The notes beneath the pieces are model-generated. The model was not told the DNA's origin and ran no database searches. It was given only the letters and a program-made list of their open reading frames with translations. Made by a program: the position numbers and the translations under genes. Shown here piece by piece: positions 30,186 through 40,948 of a DNA stretch of 64,000 nucleotides. The stretch comes from an uncultured Alphaproteobacteria bacterium (GTDB lineage: Bacteria > Pseudomonadota > Alphaproteobacteria > Rhizobiales > Xanthobacteraceae), in the NCBI GenBank assembly GCA_963699465.1, contig CAVOTZ010000002.1, positions 120,729 through 184,728 on the forward strand, read 5' to 3'. The number at the start of each line of letters is the position of its first letter. The stretch's first letter is position 1.

Positions 30186-32251
30186 TCAGCGTCCCTCGCG
30201 CAGCCAGGTCGCGGCAAACGCGCCGAGCAGCAGCAACAGGCCGATCAATCCGGCAAAGACCGGCAGGACGCCGACGCCCTTGACCACGCTGGCGTCGCGC
30301 ATCCGCACGCCCATCCAGCCGTCGCCGTGGAAAATGCCGGACGAGCGCACGGGAACGATGCGCGGCAGTTCGACGCTCGAGCCATCGGCCACACGCTGCG
30401 CATCGCCGCCGGTCGTCTGCAGCAGCGGCTTGAGCATGTCGGTCGTCGAAGTGACCTCGGAAAATTCCTTCGGGTTGGTCGGGCCGACATTGATCAGGGC
30501 TTTTAGGGTGCCGTCGGTGGCCTGCCACAGGCCGAGTTCGCTGGCCGGGATCGACGCGCTCCATAATTCCCGGATCGCCGGCCGTCAGCGTCAGTTCACG
30601 CGTTGCGCCCGATGGCGACGTCACCGTCACCGGCGCCACGGTGTCGGCCATGGTCTGGCGCTGCACCAGCAGATCCTTGCCATGGACCTGCAGCCGCAAC
30701 GCTTCCTCGTCCAGATCGGGCTGTTTCATCAGCCAATGCGAGGTTCGCCGCAAAAGATCGAGATGCGGGCCGCCGCCCTCGTAGCCGCGTGCCCACAGCC
30801 AGATCTGGTCGGACAGCAAAAGCGCGACGCGTCCCTCGCCATAGCGCGCCAGCAGCAACAGCGGCTTGCCGTCGGCGCCGGTCATCACCGGAGGCGTGGT
30901 CGGATTGCGGGTATCGACGGTGCGGAAGAACCGGCTCCAATGCGGCGGCTCGGATGCCGAGCCCTCCAGCCCGCGCGTCACCGGATGGCGCTTACCGGCG
31001 TCGCTGAGATGCGCGTAGAACGGTTTTTCGGTGACGCCGACCGGCTCGGCGGGCAGCACCGAGTTCGAGCGGGGTACGCCAGATGCTGGTGGTCGAGGCG
31101 TAATCCGGCCCGGCCGAGACCAGCACCGCGCCGCCGCCGCGCACATAGCGCGCGATGTTATCGAAATAGGCGATCGGCAGCACGCCCTGGCGGGCATAGC
31201 GGTCGAAGATGATCAACTGGAATTCGGTGATCCTCTGCTGGAACAGTTCGCGGGTCGGAAACGCAATCAGCGACAATTCGTTGATCGGCGTGCCGTCCTG
31301 CTTCTCCGGCGGACGCAGAATGGTGAAATGCACGAGATCGACGCTGGGATCGGATTTCAGCAGGTTGCGCCAGGTGCGCTCGCCGGAATGCGGCTCGCCG
31401 GAAACCAGCAGCACCCGCAATTTGTCGCGGACGCCCTCGATCGCGACCACCGCGCGGTTGTTGACCAGCGTCAGCTCGTTGTCGAGCGGCGAAGCCTCGA
31501 TCTCGACGATGTTGGGACCGGTGTGCTTGATGTCGATATCGACATTGACGGTCTGACCGCTCAGCACCGTGCGCTCGTTGATCACTTCGCCGTCGCGTCG
31601 CACGGTGACCTTGGCGCGGTCGCCGGTGACGCCCTGGTCGTCGAGCCTATAGGTGATGGTCTGGGTCTGGCCGACGATGCCGAAGCGGGGCGCGGCCGAT
31701 ATCGCAATGCGGCGGTCGCGCTCGTCCTTGCGCCCGGTGATCAGCGCATGCACGGGGGCCTGGAATCCCAGCGCTGCGGCATTCGCCGGGATGTCGTGCA
31801 CCCGCCCGTCGGTGATCATGAAAGCGCCGGCGACGCGGTCGACCGGAACATCCGACAGCGTCGAGGCCAGCGCGCCGAACAAGCGGGTGCCGTCGGTCTC
31901 GCCGTCGGCCTGGCCGGCCTCGACCACCCGCACCTCAAGTCCCTTGATCTTCTTCAACTCGTTGACCAGCGCCTCGCGTGCCTGCTCGGTCTGTTTGGTG
32001 CGATCACCGAAATTCTGGCTCGGACTCTTGTCGACCACGACCACCGCCACCGACGGCAGCGGCTGGCGATCCTCGCGGGTGAACGACGGATTGGCGAGCG
32101 CGAGTACGATCAGCACCAATGCGCTCACCCGCACCGCCGCGCCACGCGAGCGGCCGAGCAGCAGCAACGCCGCGATGACGGCGATCGCGCCGAGCGCCAG
32201 CCAGAGCACGATCGAGGGAACCAGGGGGGTGAACGCGATGCCGTACTGCAT
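30186..32251 (-). CDS. Membrane protein with vWA-like and glutamine-amidotransferase-like domains; frameshifts near 31070 and 30560
   Basis: VVDKSPSQ, LVSGEPHSGERTWRNLLKSD, WLWARG and C-terminal WLREGR spread over three ORFs. Confidence 0.78.
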
Positions 32252-32257
32252 ATGACC

Positions 32258-35071
32258 CTACTGCCCGAGCCGTTCGATCAGCGCCGGCGCATGCACCAGA
32301 TCGGCCTTGTAGTTGCCGGTCAGCGTGTACATCACGATGTTGACCCCGGCGCGGAAGGCGAATTCGCGCTGCCGCGGTTCGCCCGGCGTCAGCGGCAGCA
32401 TGGCTTGTCCGTCGGGCCGTATCGCCCAGGCGCCGGCCAGATCGTTCGAGGTGATGATGATCGGCGAGACGCCGTCGCCGCCGCGCGCGGGTTTTGAGGC
32501 GGTCTCGTCGTCCTCCTCGCGCGGCAGGGCCTCGACCCAGGTCTGTCCCGAGGTGAAGCGGCCAGGAAAATCGCGCAGCAGATAAAACGTCTTGGTCAGC
32601 ACGTGATCGCGCGGCACCGGCTCCAGTTCGGGAATGTCGAGCGAGGCCAGCAATTCGCGCAGCGCCTGCATGCCCGGGGTCTGCGAGGCGCCGTTGTCGC
32701 CCGGCGGTGCCTCGATGGCGTCGCGGGTATCGAACAGCACGGTGCCGCCCTGTTTCATGTAGGCGTCGATGCGGTTGATGGCGTCCTGCTCCGGCTTGGC
32801 TGCGCCCGGCACCACCGGCCAGTAGATCAGCGGGAAGAACGCCAGTTCGTCATGGGCGGGATCGACGCCGACGGGATCGCCGGCCTCGAGCGCGGTGCGT
32901 TGCGCCAGAAACAGCGTCAGCCCCGCCATCCCGGCCTTGACGATGGAATCGACGTCGGCGTTGCCGGTGACGACATAGGCGAGGCGGGTCTGGGCGACCG
33001 CCTTGACCGCGAAATCATCCTTCTCGTCGGCGTGCGAGGGCGCTGGTAGCGTCATCAGCGCGACCGAGATCGCCGCGAACGCCAGCGCCGCCGAAACCGC
33101 GCGCCGCCGCAGCAGCGCCGCCAGCCCGGCACCGAGCAATGCGACGATGATCGCGTCGACCAGGAACAGCAGCAGCGACGACGACAGCAGAATGCCGCGC
33201 AGGTCGCGCGGCTCGGAATTGGTGTAGCTGCCGCTGCGCGCCTTCAGCGCCGACACGTCGAGCGGCGCGATGCGATCGGCCGCCGCCAGCGTATTGACCG
33301 CGAGCGGGCCGTCGGCCGGGCCGTAGAAGCCCGGCGGATGATCGGCGCTGGCGCGGTCGCGGTAGTCCGCGGGCAGCGGCTTCGCGGTCGAGGGCGGCGG
33401 CCCGAAGGCGCCGAAACCGTCCAGCGTGCGCAGCGGCGCCACCGTCTCCGTGGCGGCCACGCCTTCCGGGCCCGCGCCCGGATTGGCGGTGTAGCCGGAC
33501 ATGTCGACGATCCGCCTCAGCATCTCGACGAAGCTGCCCGACATCGGCAAATCAGACCACCGCATATCCGCGCTGACATGGAACAGGCTGACGACACCCT
33601 TGCCGCGGCGTTCGCCGGTGACCAGCGGCGTGCCGTCTTCCAGCGACGCCCAGCTCCTTGTCGCCAGCGCCGCGTCGGGTTCGGCCAGCACTTGCCGGTT
33701 GACGGTAATGTCCTTTGGCACGGCAAGGCCGGCGAAAGGTCCATCCGCCGCGAAGCTGGCGAGATGCTGCGGCTTCTCCCAGGTCAGGCTGCCGCCGAGG
33801 GTGCGTCCGCCGCTGCGCAGCTTTACGGGCACCAGGCTGTCGTCGTCGGCCTGGGCCAGCCGGGGGCCGGCGAACCGCACCAGCACGCCGCCTTGTTCGA
33901 TCCAGGCGCTCAGGCGTTCGCGGAGTTCCGGCGACAGGCTGCCGACGTCGGCGAGCACGATCATCGGAAGTTTCTGGTCGAGGAATTGCGTGATCACCTG
34001 TTGCGGCGCGCCGCGGTCGCCGAGCCGCACGTCGGCGAACGGCGCCAGCGCCCGGGTCAGATAAAATGTCGAGGCCAACAGCGGCTGCGCGGTGTCGGTG
34101 GTCGAGCCGCTGACGACGCCGATCGCGCGCCGCCGCCATCGCTTGTCCAGCAGTTGCACGGCGCCGGCGGAACGTTCGCCGGATATTTCAAGCCGCGCGA
34201 TGTCGTTGCGCAGTTCGACCGGCAGGTCGAACGCGGCTTCGGTCTCGCGGTCCTGCGGCGCGAAGCCGAAATGAGCCTCGCCGATCGGCGAACCCTTGAG
34301 GTCGAGCGCGCGGACGATGCCGGCGGCGATACCGCTATCGGTACGCAGCACCTTCACCGTCATCTTGGCAGCGGCATTTTCGGCCGCCGCCAGCGCCAGC
34401 GTGGAGGGCGTGCCGTCCTTGAAAATCGTCAAATGGCGGTCCCCGATCGTCTTGCCGAGGCCTTCGACAAACTCCGGCCCGCGCCCGGTATCGACGCCGT
34501 CCGACAGCCAGGCGAGCTCGCAGTCGCCGGTGGCTTTCAGGAAACGCGCGATCAGCGGCAGGGTTTCGACCCGCTCGACCGAATAGGGTTTTGGCGTCAA
34601 TTGCCGCAACGCCACCCGCGCGGTGCCCGCCGGCATCAGCGTGATGTCGCGCGCAGGCTCCGACAATGGCACCAGCGCCACGGCGCGGCGGGCGCTGTCG
34701 GCCTGCGTGATCAACTCGTCGGCGGCCTTGACCCGGATATCCCAGCTCGCAGCCGCGCTCCAGCCGTCGTCGAGCAGGATCAGCAGCGGCGTATTGCCGG
34801 CGCTGACGCCGGTTTGCGGATTCCAGGTCGGTCCGGCGGCCGCCAGGATGATCAGCGCGGCCGCGGTCAGCCGCAGCGCGGTCAGCCACCACGGCGTCCG
34901 CGACGGGGTCTCTTCCTTTGGCGCGATGTCGAACAACAGCCGGGTCGGCGGGAATTCAATGCGCCGCGGCCGCGGCGGCATCACCCGCAACAGCCACCAC
35001 AATAGCGGCAGGCTGAGCAGTCCCAGCAGCAACAGCGGTTCGGCGAATGTCAGCGGCAGGCCTGCGATCAT
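32258..35071 (-). CDS. BatA/vWA plus DUF4159 membrane protein
   Basis: LPLLWWLLR...FPP BatA N-terminus; LDDGWS; DUF4159 C-terminus GVNIVMYTLTGNYKAD. Confidence 0.85.
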   Translation of the reverse strand: MIAGLPLTFAEPLLLLGLLSLPLLWWLLRVMPPRPRRIEFPPTRLLFDIAPKEETPSRTPWWLTALRLTAAALIILAAAGPTWNPQTGVSAGNTPLLILLDDGWSAAASWDIRVKAADELITQADSARRAVALVPLSEPARDITLMPAGTARVALRQLTPKPYSVERVETLPLIARFLKATGDCELAWLSDGVDTGRGPEFVEGLGKTIGDRHLTIFKDGTPSTLALAAAENAAAKMTVKVLRTDSGIAAGIVRALDLKGSPIGEAHFGFAPQDRETEAAFDLPVELRNDIARLEISGERSAGAVQLLDKRWRRRAIGVVSGSTTDTAQPLLASTFYLTRALAPFADVRLGDRGAPQQVITQFLDQKLPMIVLADVGSLSPELRERLSAWIEQGGVLVRFAGPRLAQADDDSLVPVKLRSGGRTLGGSLTWEKPQHLASFAADGPFAGLAVPKDITVNRQVLAEPDAALATRSWASLEDGTPLVTGERRGKGVVSLFHVSADMRWSDLPMSGSFVEMLRRIVDMSGYTANPGAGPEGVAATETVAPLRTLDGFGAFGPPPSTAKPLPADYRDRASADHPPGFYGPADGPLAVNTLAAADRIAPLDVSALKARSGSYTNSEPRDLRGILLSSSLLLFLVDAIIVALLGAGLAALLRRRAVSAALAFAAISVALMTLPAPSHADEKDDFAVKAVAQTRLAYVVTGNADVDSIVKAGMAGLTLFLAQRTALEAGDPVGVDPAHDELAFFPLIYWPVVPGAAKPEQDAINRIDAYMKQGGTVLFDTRDAIEAPPGDNGASQTPGMQALRELLASLDIPELEPVPRDHVLTKTFYLLRDFPGRFTSGQTWVEALPREEDDETASKPARGGDGVSPIIITSNDLAGAWAIRPDGQAMLPLTPGEPRQREFAFRAGVNIVMYTLTGNYKADLVHAPALIERLGQ

Positions 35072-36012
35072 GCGCTGCGCCCCGCTTTGACGGTTGAGGT
35101 GCGCGCGGTGGCCTTGCTCACCATCATGCCGCTGTGCAGGAACAGCAGCAGCTCGGCCGCCGAGCGGTCGGTGGTGTGGGTCGAAAACAGCCAGTCCAGC
35201 GTGTCGGTCTCGGCGCGGATCTGGTCGCGGTGCAGGGCGACGCGGGCGATGTAGTCATGGGCCCAGCGCTCGGCGCGGCCGGCGGTGATCACGCCGCCGC
35301 TTTCCGGCTCGACGAACTCGACGCGGCCGGAGTAAGGAAAGCTCTCTTCGGCGGGATCGACCACCTGGATCAGCGTGCCATGCGCGCCGGAAGCCGACAG
35401 CCCCGCCAGCATGGTCTTGATCTCTGGCATCGGCGACCAGAAGTCCGACAGCACCACGATCTCGGCCAGCGCCGACGGCACGAAGGACGGCGGCAGGCTC
35501 AGCCGCGCGGCGTCGTCGTGCAGCATCGCCTGCGCCATCTTGTCGATCACGCTGCGGCTCGCGGTCGGGTTCATCAGCCCGGGAATGCCGACGCGTTCGC
35601 CGCCTGCGACCAGCAATTCCGCCAGCGCGAAACTCACGATCAGCCCGCGCTCGAGTTTGCTGTCACGCGCCTGTTTCGATGCGAACGCCATCGAGGGCGA
35701 ACGGTCCGGCCACAGCCACACGGTATGCGCGGCCTCCCATTCCTGTTCGCGGACATAGAGGTGATCGTCGCGCGCCGAGCGGCGCCAGTCGACATTCTGC
35801 GACGGTTCGCCGGAATTGAAGCGGCGATATTGCCAAAAACTTTCGCCGGCGCCGGCGCGCCGTCGTCCGTGCAGGCCGTGGATCACATTGGCGGCGATGC
35901 GGCGGGCTTCAAGCATCAGGCGGGGCAGCGAGGCGGCGAGCGTTCGGCTTTCGCCATCGGCGCGTCGGATTGCTGTGATCTCTCCGCTTGCGTGCCTGTT
36001 CTCAACCGCCAT
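35068..36012 (-). CDS. DUF58 protein
   Basis: GLHGRRRAGAGESFWQYR, DWRRSAR, DRSPSM, LSDF. Confidence 0.9.
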   Translation of the reverse strand: MAVENRHASGEITAIRRADGESRTLAASLPRLMLEARRIAANVIHGLHGRRRAGAGESFWQYRRFNSGEPSQNVDWRRSARDDHLYVREQEWEAAHTVWLWPDRSPSMAFASKQARDSKLERGLIVSFALAELLVAGGERVGIPGLMNPTASRSVIDKMAQAMLHDDAARLSLPPSFVPSALAEIVVLSDFWSPMPEIKTMLAGLSASGAHGTLIQVVDPAEESFPYSGRVEFVEPESGGVITAGRAERWAHDYIARVALHRDQIRAETDTLDWLFSTHTTDRSAAELLLFLHSGMMVSKATARTSTVKAGRSA

Positions 36013-37031
36013 CAACCGATCCGAGCCTTCAATTGCCGGATCACATCGGGAATGGTGCGTCCCTCGGCGCGGGCCGAGAACGTCAGCGCCATGCGGTGCT
36101 TGAGCACGGGCTCGGCGAGGTCGAGCACGTCGTCGATCGAGGGCGCCAGACGGCCGTCGAGCAACGCGCGGGCGCGCACCGCCAGCATCAGCGATTGGCT
36201 GGCGCGGGGACCGGGTCCCCAGGCGATCAGCTTGCCGGCTTCGCCGCCTTCCGGCCCCGGGCGCGCCGAGCGCACCAGCGACAGGATCGCTTCCACCACG
36301 CTGTCGCCGACCGGCAGCCGCCGTACCAGCCTTTGCGCGGTGAGCAGGATCTCGGCGTTCATCGCGACCTTGGCCAGCGTCTCGTCGGCGCCGGTGGTCT
36401 CGAACAGGATGCGGCGTTCGGCGTCGCGATCGGGATAATCGACGTCGATCTCCATCAGGAAGCGATCGAGCTGCGCTTCCGGCAGCGGATAGGTGCCTTC
36501 CTGCTCCAGCGGATTCTGCGTCGCCAGCACATGGAACGGCTTCGGCAGGTCATGCCGGGCGCCGGCGACCGTGATGTGCTGTTCCTGCATCGCCTGCAAC
36601 AGCGCCGATTGCGTGCGCGGGCTGGCGCGGTTGATTTCGTCGGCCATCAGCAATTGCGCGAACACCGGGCCGGAGATGAAACGGAACGAGCGCTTGCCGG
36701 TAGAGCTCTCGTCCAGCACCTCGGCGCCCAGGATGTCCGACGGCATCAGGTCCGGCGTGAACTGGATGCGCTTGGCGTCCAGCCCGAGCGTGATGCCGAG
36801 CGTCTCGACCAGCTTGGTCTTGGCCAGACCCGGCACGCCGATCAACAGCGCATGACCGCCGGACAGGATCGTCACCAGGGTGTTTTCGATCACGCGCTCC
36901 TGGCCGAAAATGACGGTCGAGATCGCCTCTTTCGCGGCGCGAATCTGGCCGGCGACCTGTTCGGCCGAGCGGACAATCACGTCCTCGAGTTTTTCGACAG
37001 CATTGGCGCCACCAGGGTCTTGGCCTGCCAT
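36012..37031 (-). CDS. MoxR family AAA+ ATPase
   Basis: GVPGLAKT, RIQFTPDLMPSD, DEINRASPRTQSALL, ATQNPLEQEGTYPLPEAQLDRF. Confidence 0.95.
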   Translation of the reverse strand: MAGQDPGGANAVEKLEDVIVRSAEQVAGQIRAAKEAISTVIFGQERVIENTLVTILSGGHALLIGVPGLAKTKLVETLGITLGLDAKRIQFTPDLMPSDILGAEVLDESSTGKRSFRFISGPVFAQLLMADEINRASPRTQSALLQAMQEQHITVAGARHDLPKPFHVLATQNPLEQEGTYPLPEAQLDRFLMEIDVDYPDRDAERRILFETTGADETLAKVAMNAEILLTAQRLVRRLPVGDSVVEAILSLVRSARPGPEGGEAGKLIAWGPGPRASQSLMLAVRARALLDGRLAPSIDDVLDLAEPVLKHRMALTFSARAEGRTIPDVIRQLKARIG

Positions 37032-37275
37032 TTGTTAACTCCTTGCGACATCGCCGCCGGTTGCGTCGTCATGCCATGAACCCCATGCTAAACCTATGCA
37101 AAGGGCGTGCATTCGTTGAATTAAACTATCCCCACATTATCGGCATTCGGGGCTATCAACGGCATCACGAAGTGGCGAGTTGGATTAAGGATTTCCACGG
37201 CGAAATCCGGTGCTTTGGAACAACCGGACGCTGCATCAATCGTGCCAGATCGAACCGATCAGATGAGGGCAAACA

Positions 37276-37887
37276 ATGGCGAACCAAGGGCAGACCACGC
37301 AGCACGGCCTTGAAGGCCTGACCGTTGCCGCCCGGGAGGCCGCCGACACCACGCCGGCCGGTAAGGGCCTGCCGCCGGTGCATCTGTGGAATCCGCCGTT
37401 CTGCGGCGACCTCGACATGCGAATCGCTACCGACGGGACATGGTTCTACATGGGCACGCCGATCGGGCGGCCGGCGCTGGTTCGGCTGTTTTCGACCATT
37501 CTCAAGCGCGAGGACGGCAAGCACTTTCTCGTGACCCCGGTGGAAAAGGTCGGCATCCGCGTCGACGATGCGCCGTTCCTCGCCGTCGAGATGTCGAAGG
37601 AAAATGGCCCAGGCGGCCGCCTGCTGCGGTTCCGCACCAATGTCGACGACTGGGTGAGCTGCGATGCCGCGCACCGGCTGCGGTTCGAGGCGGCCGCCGA
37701 TGGCGGGCTGACGCCATACCTGCACGTCCGCGCCGATTTGTGGGCCAAAGTCACCCGCGCCATCTATTATGATCTGGTTGACATCGGCGAGGAGCGAGTG
37801 GTCGATGGTCATCCGATGTTCGGAATCGCGTCCGGCGGCGACTTCTTCGCGATGGCCGATGCGGAGCAGGTGAGGGGCGCGCTTTGA
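37276..37887 (+). CDS. DUF1285 protein
   Basis: PPVHLWNPPFCGDLDMRI, LVTPVEKV, RTNVDD. Confidence 0.88.
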   Translation: MANQGQTTQHGLEGLTVAAREAADTTPAGKGLPPVHLWNPPFCGDLDMRIATDGTWFYMGTPIGRPALVRLFSTILKREDGKHFLVTPVEKVGIRVDDAPFLAVEMSKENGPGGRLLRFRTNVDDWVSCDAAHRLRFEAAADGGLTPYLHVRADLWAKVTRAIYYDLVDIGEERVVDGHPMFGIASGGDFFAMADAEQVRGAL

Positions 37888-38555
37888 ACGGACCGATGCT
37901 GAAGACCGAGCCTGCCGTGTTCAATTCGCAGGAGTTTTTCGCGCGCGCAAAGGCGCGGCTGCGCTTCGATGTCCCGCCGGCGCTGACCGACGCCGGCGTC
38001 GTGCCGCAAAGCGGCGACCGCGGCACCGACCGGATGCTGGAAATCCTGGCGCGCGAAAAACCGATCCGGCCCGCGGCGGTGCTGATCGGCGTGGTCGATC
38101 ACGCCGAGCCGACCGTGCTGCTGACGCAGCGCGCCGCGCATCTCAACGACCACGCCGGGCAAATCTCGTTTCCCGGCGGCAAGATCGACCCGACCGACGC
38201 TTCGCCGCTCGATGCCGCGCTGCGCGAGGCCTGGGAAGAGATCGGCCTGAAGCGCGAATTCATCGATCCGATCGGCTATCTCGATCTGTACGGCACGAGT
38301 TTCGGGTTTCGCATCCTGCCGACGGTGGCGCGGGTCAAACCCGGGTTCGAGTTGCGCATCAACGAGTCGGAAGTCGACGAGGCGTTCGAGGTGCCGCTGT
38401 CGTTCCTGATGGATGCCGCCAATCACCAGATCCACAGCAAGGATTTTCGCGGCATCGCGCGTTCCTATTATGCGATGCCGTTCGCTGACCGATACATCTG
38501 GGGCGCCACCGCCGGAATCCTGCGCGTGCTCTATGAGCGGATCTGCGCCCCATGA
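37884..38555 (+). CDS. CoA pyrophosphatase (NudL-like NUDIX)
   Basis: AAVL, HAGQISFPGG, ALREAWEEIG, IWGATAGIL. Confidence 0.9.
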   Translation: MNGPMLKTEPAVFNSQEFFARAKARLRFDVPPALTDAGVVPQSGDRGTDRMLEILAREKPIRPAAVLIGVVDHAEPTVLLTQRAAHLNDHAGQISFPGGKIDPTDASPLDAALREAWEEIGLKREFIDPIGYLDLYGTSFGFRILPTVARVKPGFELRINESEVDEAFEVPLSFLMDAANHQIHSKDFRGIARSYYAMPFADRYIWGATAGILRVLYERICAP

Positions 38556-38815
38556 TCCGTCCGGCTTTCACCGAAGTCGGAGTTTTCCTGATCCCGTTTG
38601 CGGTCTATGCGCTGTTCCTGATCGCCACGCGCGCCGGCTTGCTGGCGCCGAACTCGTGGCCGCTGCATATGATCGCGAAACTGGCGGTCGTCGCCATGGT
38701 GCTGGTGTTGGCGAGTTTTGTGATGCTCGCGCAGTTTTCCGTGGCGCCGACCAATTCGACCTACGTTCCCGCGCATACCGAGAACGGCAAGTTCGTGCCG
38801 GGGGTCGACAAATGA
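38552..38815 (+). CDS. Small membrane protein (DUF6111-like)
   Basis: MIRP...FLIPF; YVPAHTENGKFVPG C-terminus; ATGA overlaps with both neighbours. Confidence 0.75.
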   Translation: MIRPAFTEVGVFLIPFAVYALFLIATRAGLLAPNSWPLHMIAKLAVVAMVLVLASFVMLAQFSVAPTNSTYVPAHTENGKFVPGVDK

Positions 38816-40068
38816 CAGATGCGCGCGTGCTCGATGATGCGCCCTGGCTGAGATCGGGTCCGGCCGCCCGCGTGCTCGCATTGTTGAACGGCGATGGCGA
38901 GGAGGCGCGCGTGGTCGGCGGCGCGGTGCGCAACGCGCTGCTCGGGGTCGCGATCGGCGACGTCGATATCGCGACCACCGCGCTGCCCACCGAAGTGATC
39001 CGCCGCGCCAAGGCCAGCGGCATCAAGAGCGTGCCGACCGGAATCGAGCACGGCACCGTGACGCTGGTGGTGGAATCGAAGCCCTACGAGGTCACGACGC
39101 TGCGCGAGGACGTCGAGACCTTCGGCCGTAAGGCCAAGGTGGCGTTCGGCCGCGACTGGGCGCGCGACGCCGAACGGCGCGATTTCACCATCAACGGCCT
39201 GTCGGTCGATGCCGCCGGCGTGGTGCACGATCATGTCGGGGGACTTTCCGATATCGCGGCCAGGCGGGTGCGCTTCATCGGCGATCCCGACCTTCGCATC
39301 GCCGAGGACTATCTGCGTATCCTCAGGTTTTTTCGCATCCACGCCGCCTACGGCACCGGCGCCCCCGATCGCGCAGGCCTGCTCGCCTGCATCAAGGGCC
39401 GCGCCGGGCTGGCTGCGCTGTCGGCCGAGCGGGTGCGGATGGAAGTGATGAAGCTGATGATCGCGCAAGGCGCGGCCGAGGCCGTCGTGGCGATGGCCGA
39501 CGGCGGGCTGCTGCTGCCGATTTTCGGCGGCGTCGCCTATACCGGGCCGTTCGCCGCGATGATCGTGGCCGAACGCGCGCTCGGACTAGAGCCATCGGCG
39601 ATTCGCAGGCTCGGTGCGCTCGCGGTCGCGGTGACCGAGGACGCCAAACGGCTGTCGGTGCGGCTGCGGCTGACCAACCAGGAGACCAGGACGCTGGATT
39701 CGATGGGCCATCGCTGGTGGCGGCTCGCCGGGATGGACGAGGCGAGAGCGCGGCGGCGGCTGTACCGGCTCGGCGCCGAACGCTATCGCGACCGGCTGAT
39801 GCTGGCCTGGGCGCGCTCCGGCGACGCACCTGATGGCGCGCACTGGCGCGAGCTTGCGACCCTGCCGGAACGCTGGAGCGCGCCGAAATTCCCGCTCAAG
39901 GCGGCCGATTTTGTCAGCCGCGGCATTGCCGAAGGCCCGGCGCTCGGGCATGTAATCGCGCTGGCCGAAGACGCCTGGCTCGCGGCGGATTTTCCGCAGC
40001 AACCGGCAGCGCTGCAAGCCATCGCCGACCAGACCGTCACACGTTTCAATCGCGATCACAGGCTTTGA
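38812..40068 (+). CDS. cca: CCA-adding tRNA nucleotidyltransferase
   Basis: VGGAVRN, DVDIAT, EVTTLR, RRDFTIN, EDYLRILRFFR. Confidence 0.9.
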   Translation: MTDARVLDDAPWLRSGPAARVLALLNGDGEEARVVGGAVRNALLGVAIGDVDIATTALPTEVIRRAKASGIKSVPTGIEHGTVTLVVESKPYEVTTLREDVETFGRKAKVAFGRDWARDAERRDFTINGLSVDAAGVVHDHVGGLSDIAARRVRFIGDPDLRIAEDYLRILRFFRIHAAYGTGAPDRAGLLACIKGRAGLAALSAERVRMEVMKLMIAQGAAEAVVAMADGGLLLPIFGGVAYTGPFAAMIVAERALGLEPSAIRRLGALAVAVTEDAKRLSVRLRLTNQETRTLDSMGHRWWRLAGMDEARARRRLYRLGAERYRDRLMLAWARSGDAPDGAHWRELATLPERWSAPKFPLKAADFVSRGIAEGPALGHVIALAEDAWLAADFPQQPAALQAIADQTVTRFNRDHRL

Positions 40069-40825
40069 ATATTTTTCCGGCTTCGCCGACATCTCGATCC
40101 TTCAATTGTTGCTGGTCGCGGCCATGGCGCTGTTCGCCTCGCTGATCGGCGGGCTCGCCGGCTATGGCTCCGGCGCACTGATGCCGCTGGTGCTGGTTCC
40201 GATGATCGGCGCCGAACCGGTGGTCCCGATCATCGCGATCTCCTCGATCTTCACCAATTTCAGCCGCTTCACCGCCTATATCCGCTATGCCGACCGCCGC
40301 CGCGCGCTGATCGTGATGGGCTCGGCGGCGCTGACCACCGCGCTCGGCGCCTACGGCTACACAAAATTGACCGGGAAGGGCGCGGCGGTCGTGATCGGCA
40401 CCATGCTGATCCTGAGCGTTCCGTTGCGCCGCAAGGCGAAGCGCCACGATGTGCGGATCGGCGATACCGGGCTCGCGGCCGGCTCGGTCGGCTACGGCGT
40501 GCTGGTCGGCGGCACCTCGGGATCGGGCGTGATCCTGTTGTCGCTGTTGATGGCGGTCGGGCTGGAAGGCGCCGCGGTGATCGCGACCGACGCCGTGGTC
40601 TCGCTCGGCACCAGCGTGATCAAGATTTCGGTGTTCGGAATGGCCGGCGTGGTCACGGCTCAGGTCATCGCGTTCGCGGTGCTGATCGGCGTCGTGGCGC
40701 TGCCCGGCGCGTTTCTCGCCCGCGCCTTTGTCGAGCGCATGCCGGTGCATATCCACACCGCGATCCTCGACGTCGCGGTGATCGTCGGCGGCGTGGTGAT
40801 GATATCGTCAGCGCTGCGGCACTGA
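40065..40825 (+). CDS. TauE/SafE family membrane protein; true start probably 40065, with a T-run indel
   Basis: GGLAGYGSG, GGTSGSG, many TM segments. Confidence 0.78.
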
Positions 40826-40842
40826 GGTAATCATTCTCTCGC

Positions 40843-40948
40843 CTAGAGCATTATCGGTTCTGATAAAATCAGAACCGAAGCTCTAGCTTCCTGTTTTGAC
40901 GCGTTTTCTTCACGCGAACCGGTATCCACTTCGCTCGAAAACGCTCTA
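40843..40948. repeat. Rhizobiales palindromic repeat family D (Bru-RS/motif-C-like)
   Basis: TTGACGCGTTTTCTTCACGCGAACCGGTATCCACTTCGCTCGAAAACGCTCTA; related reverse copy at 54727-54810. Confidence 0.75.
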
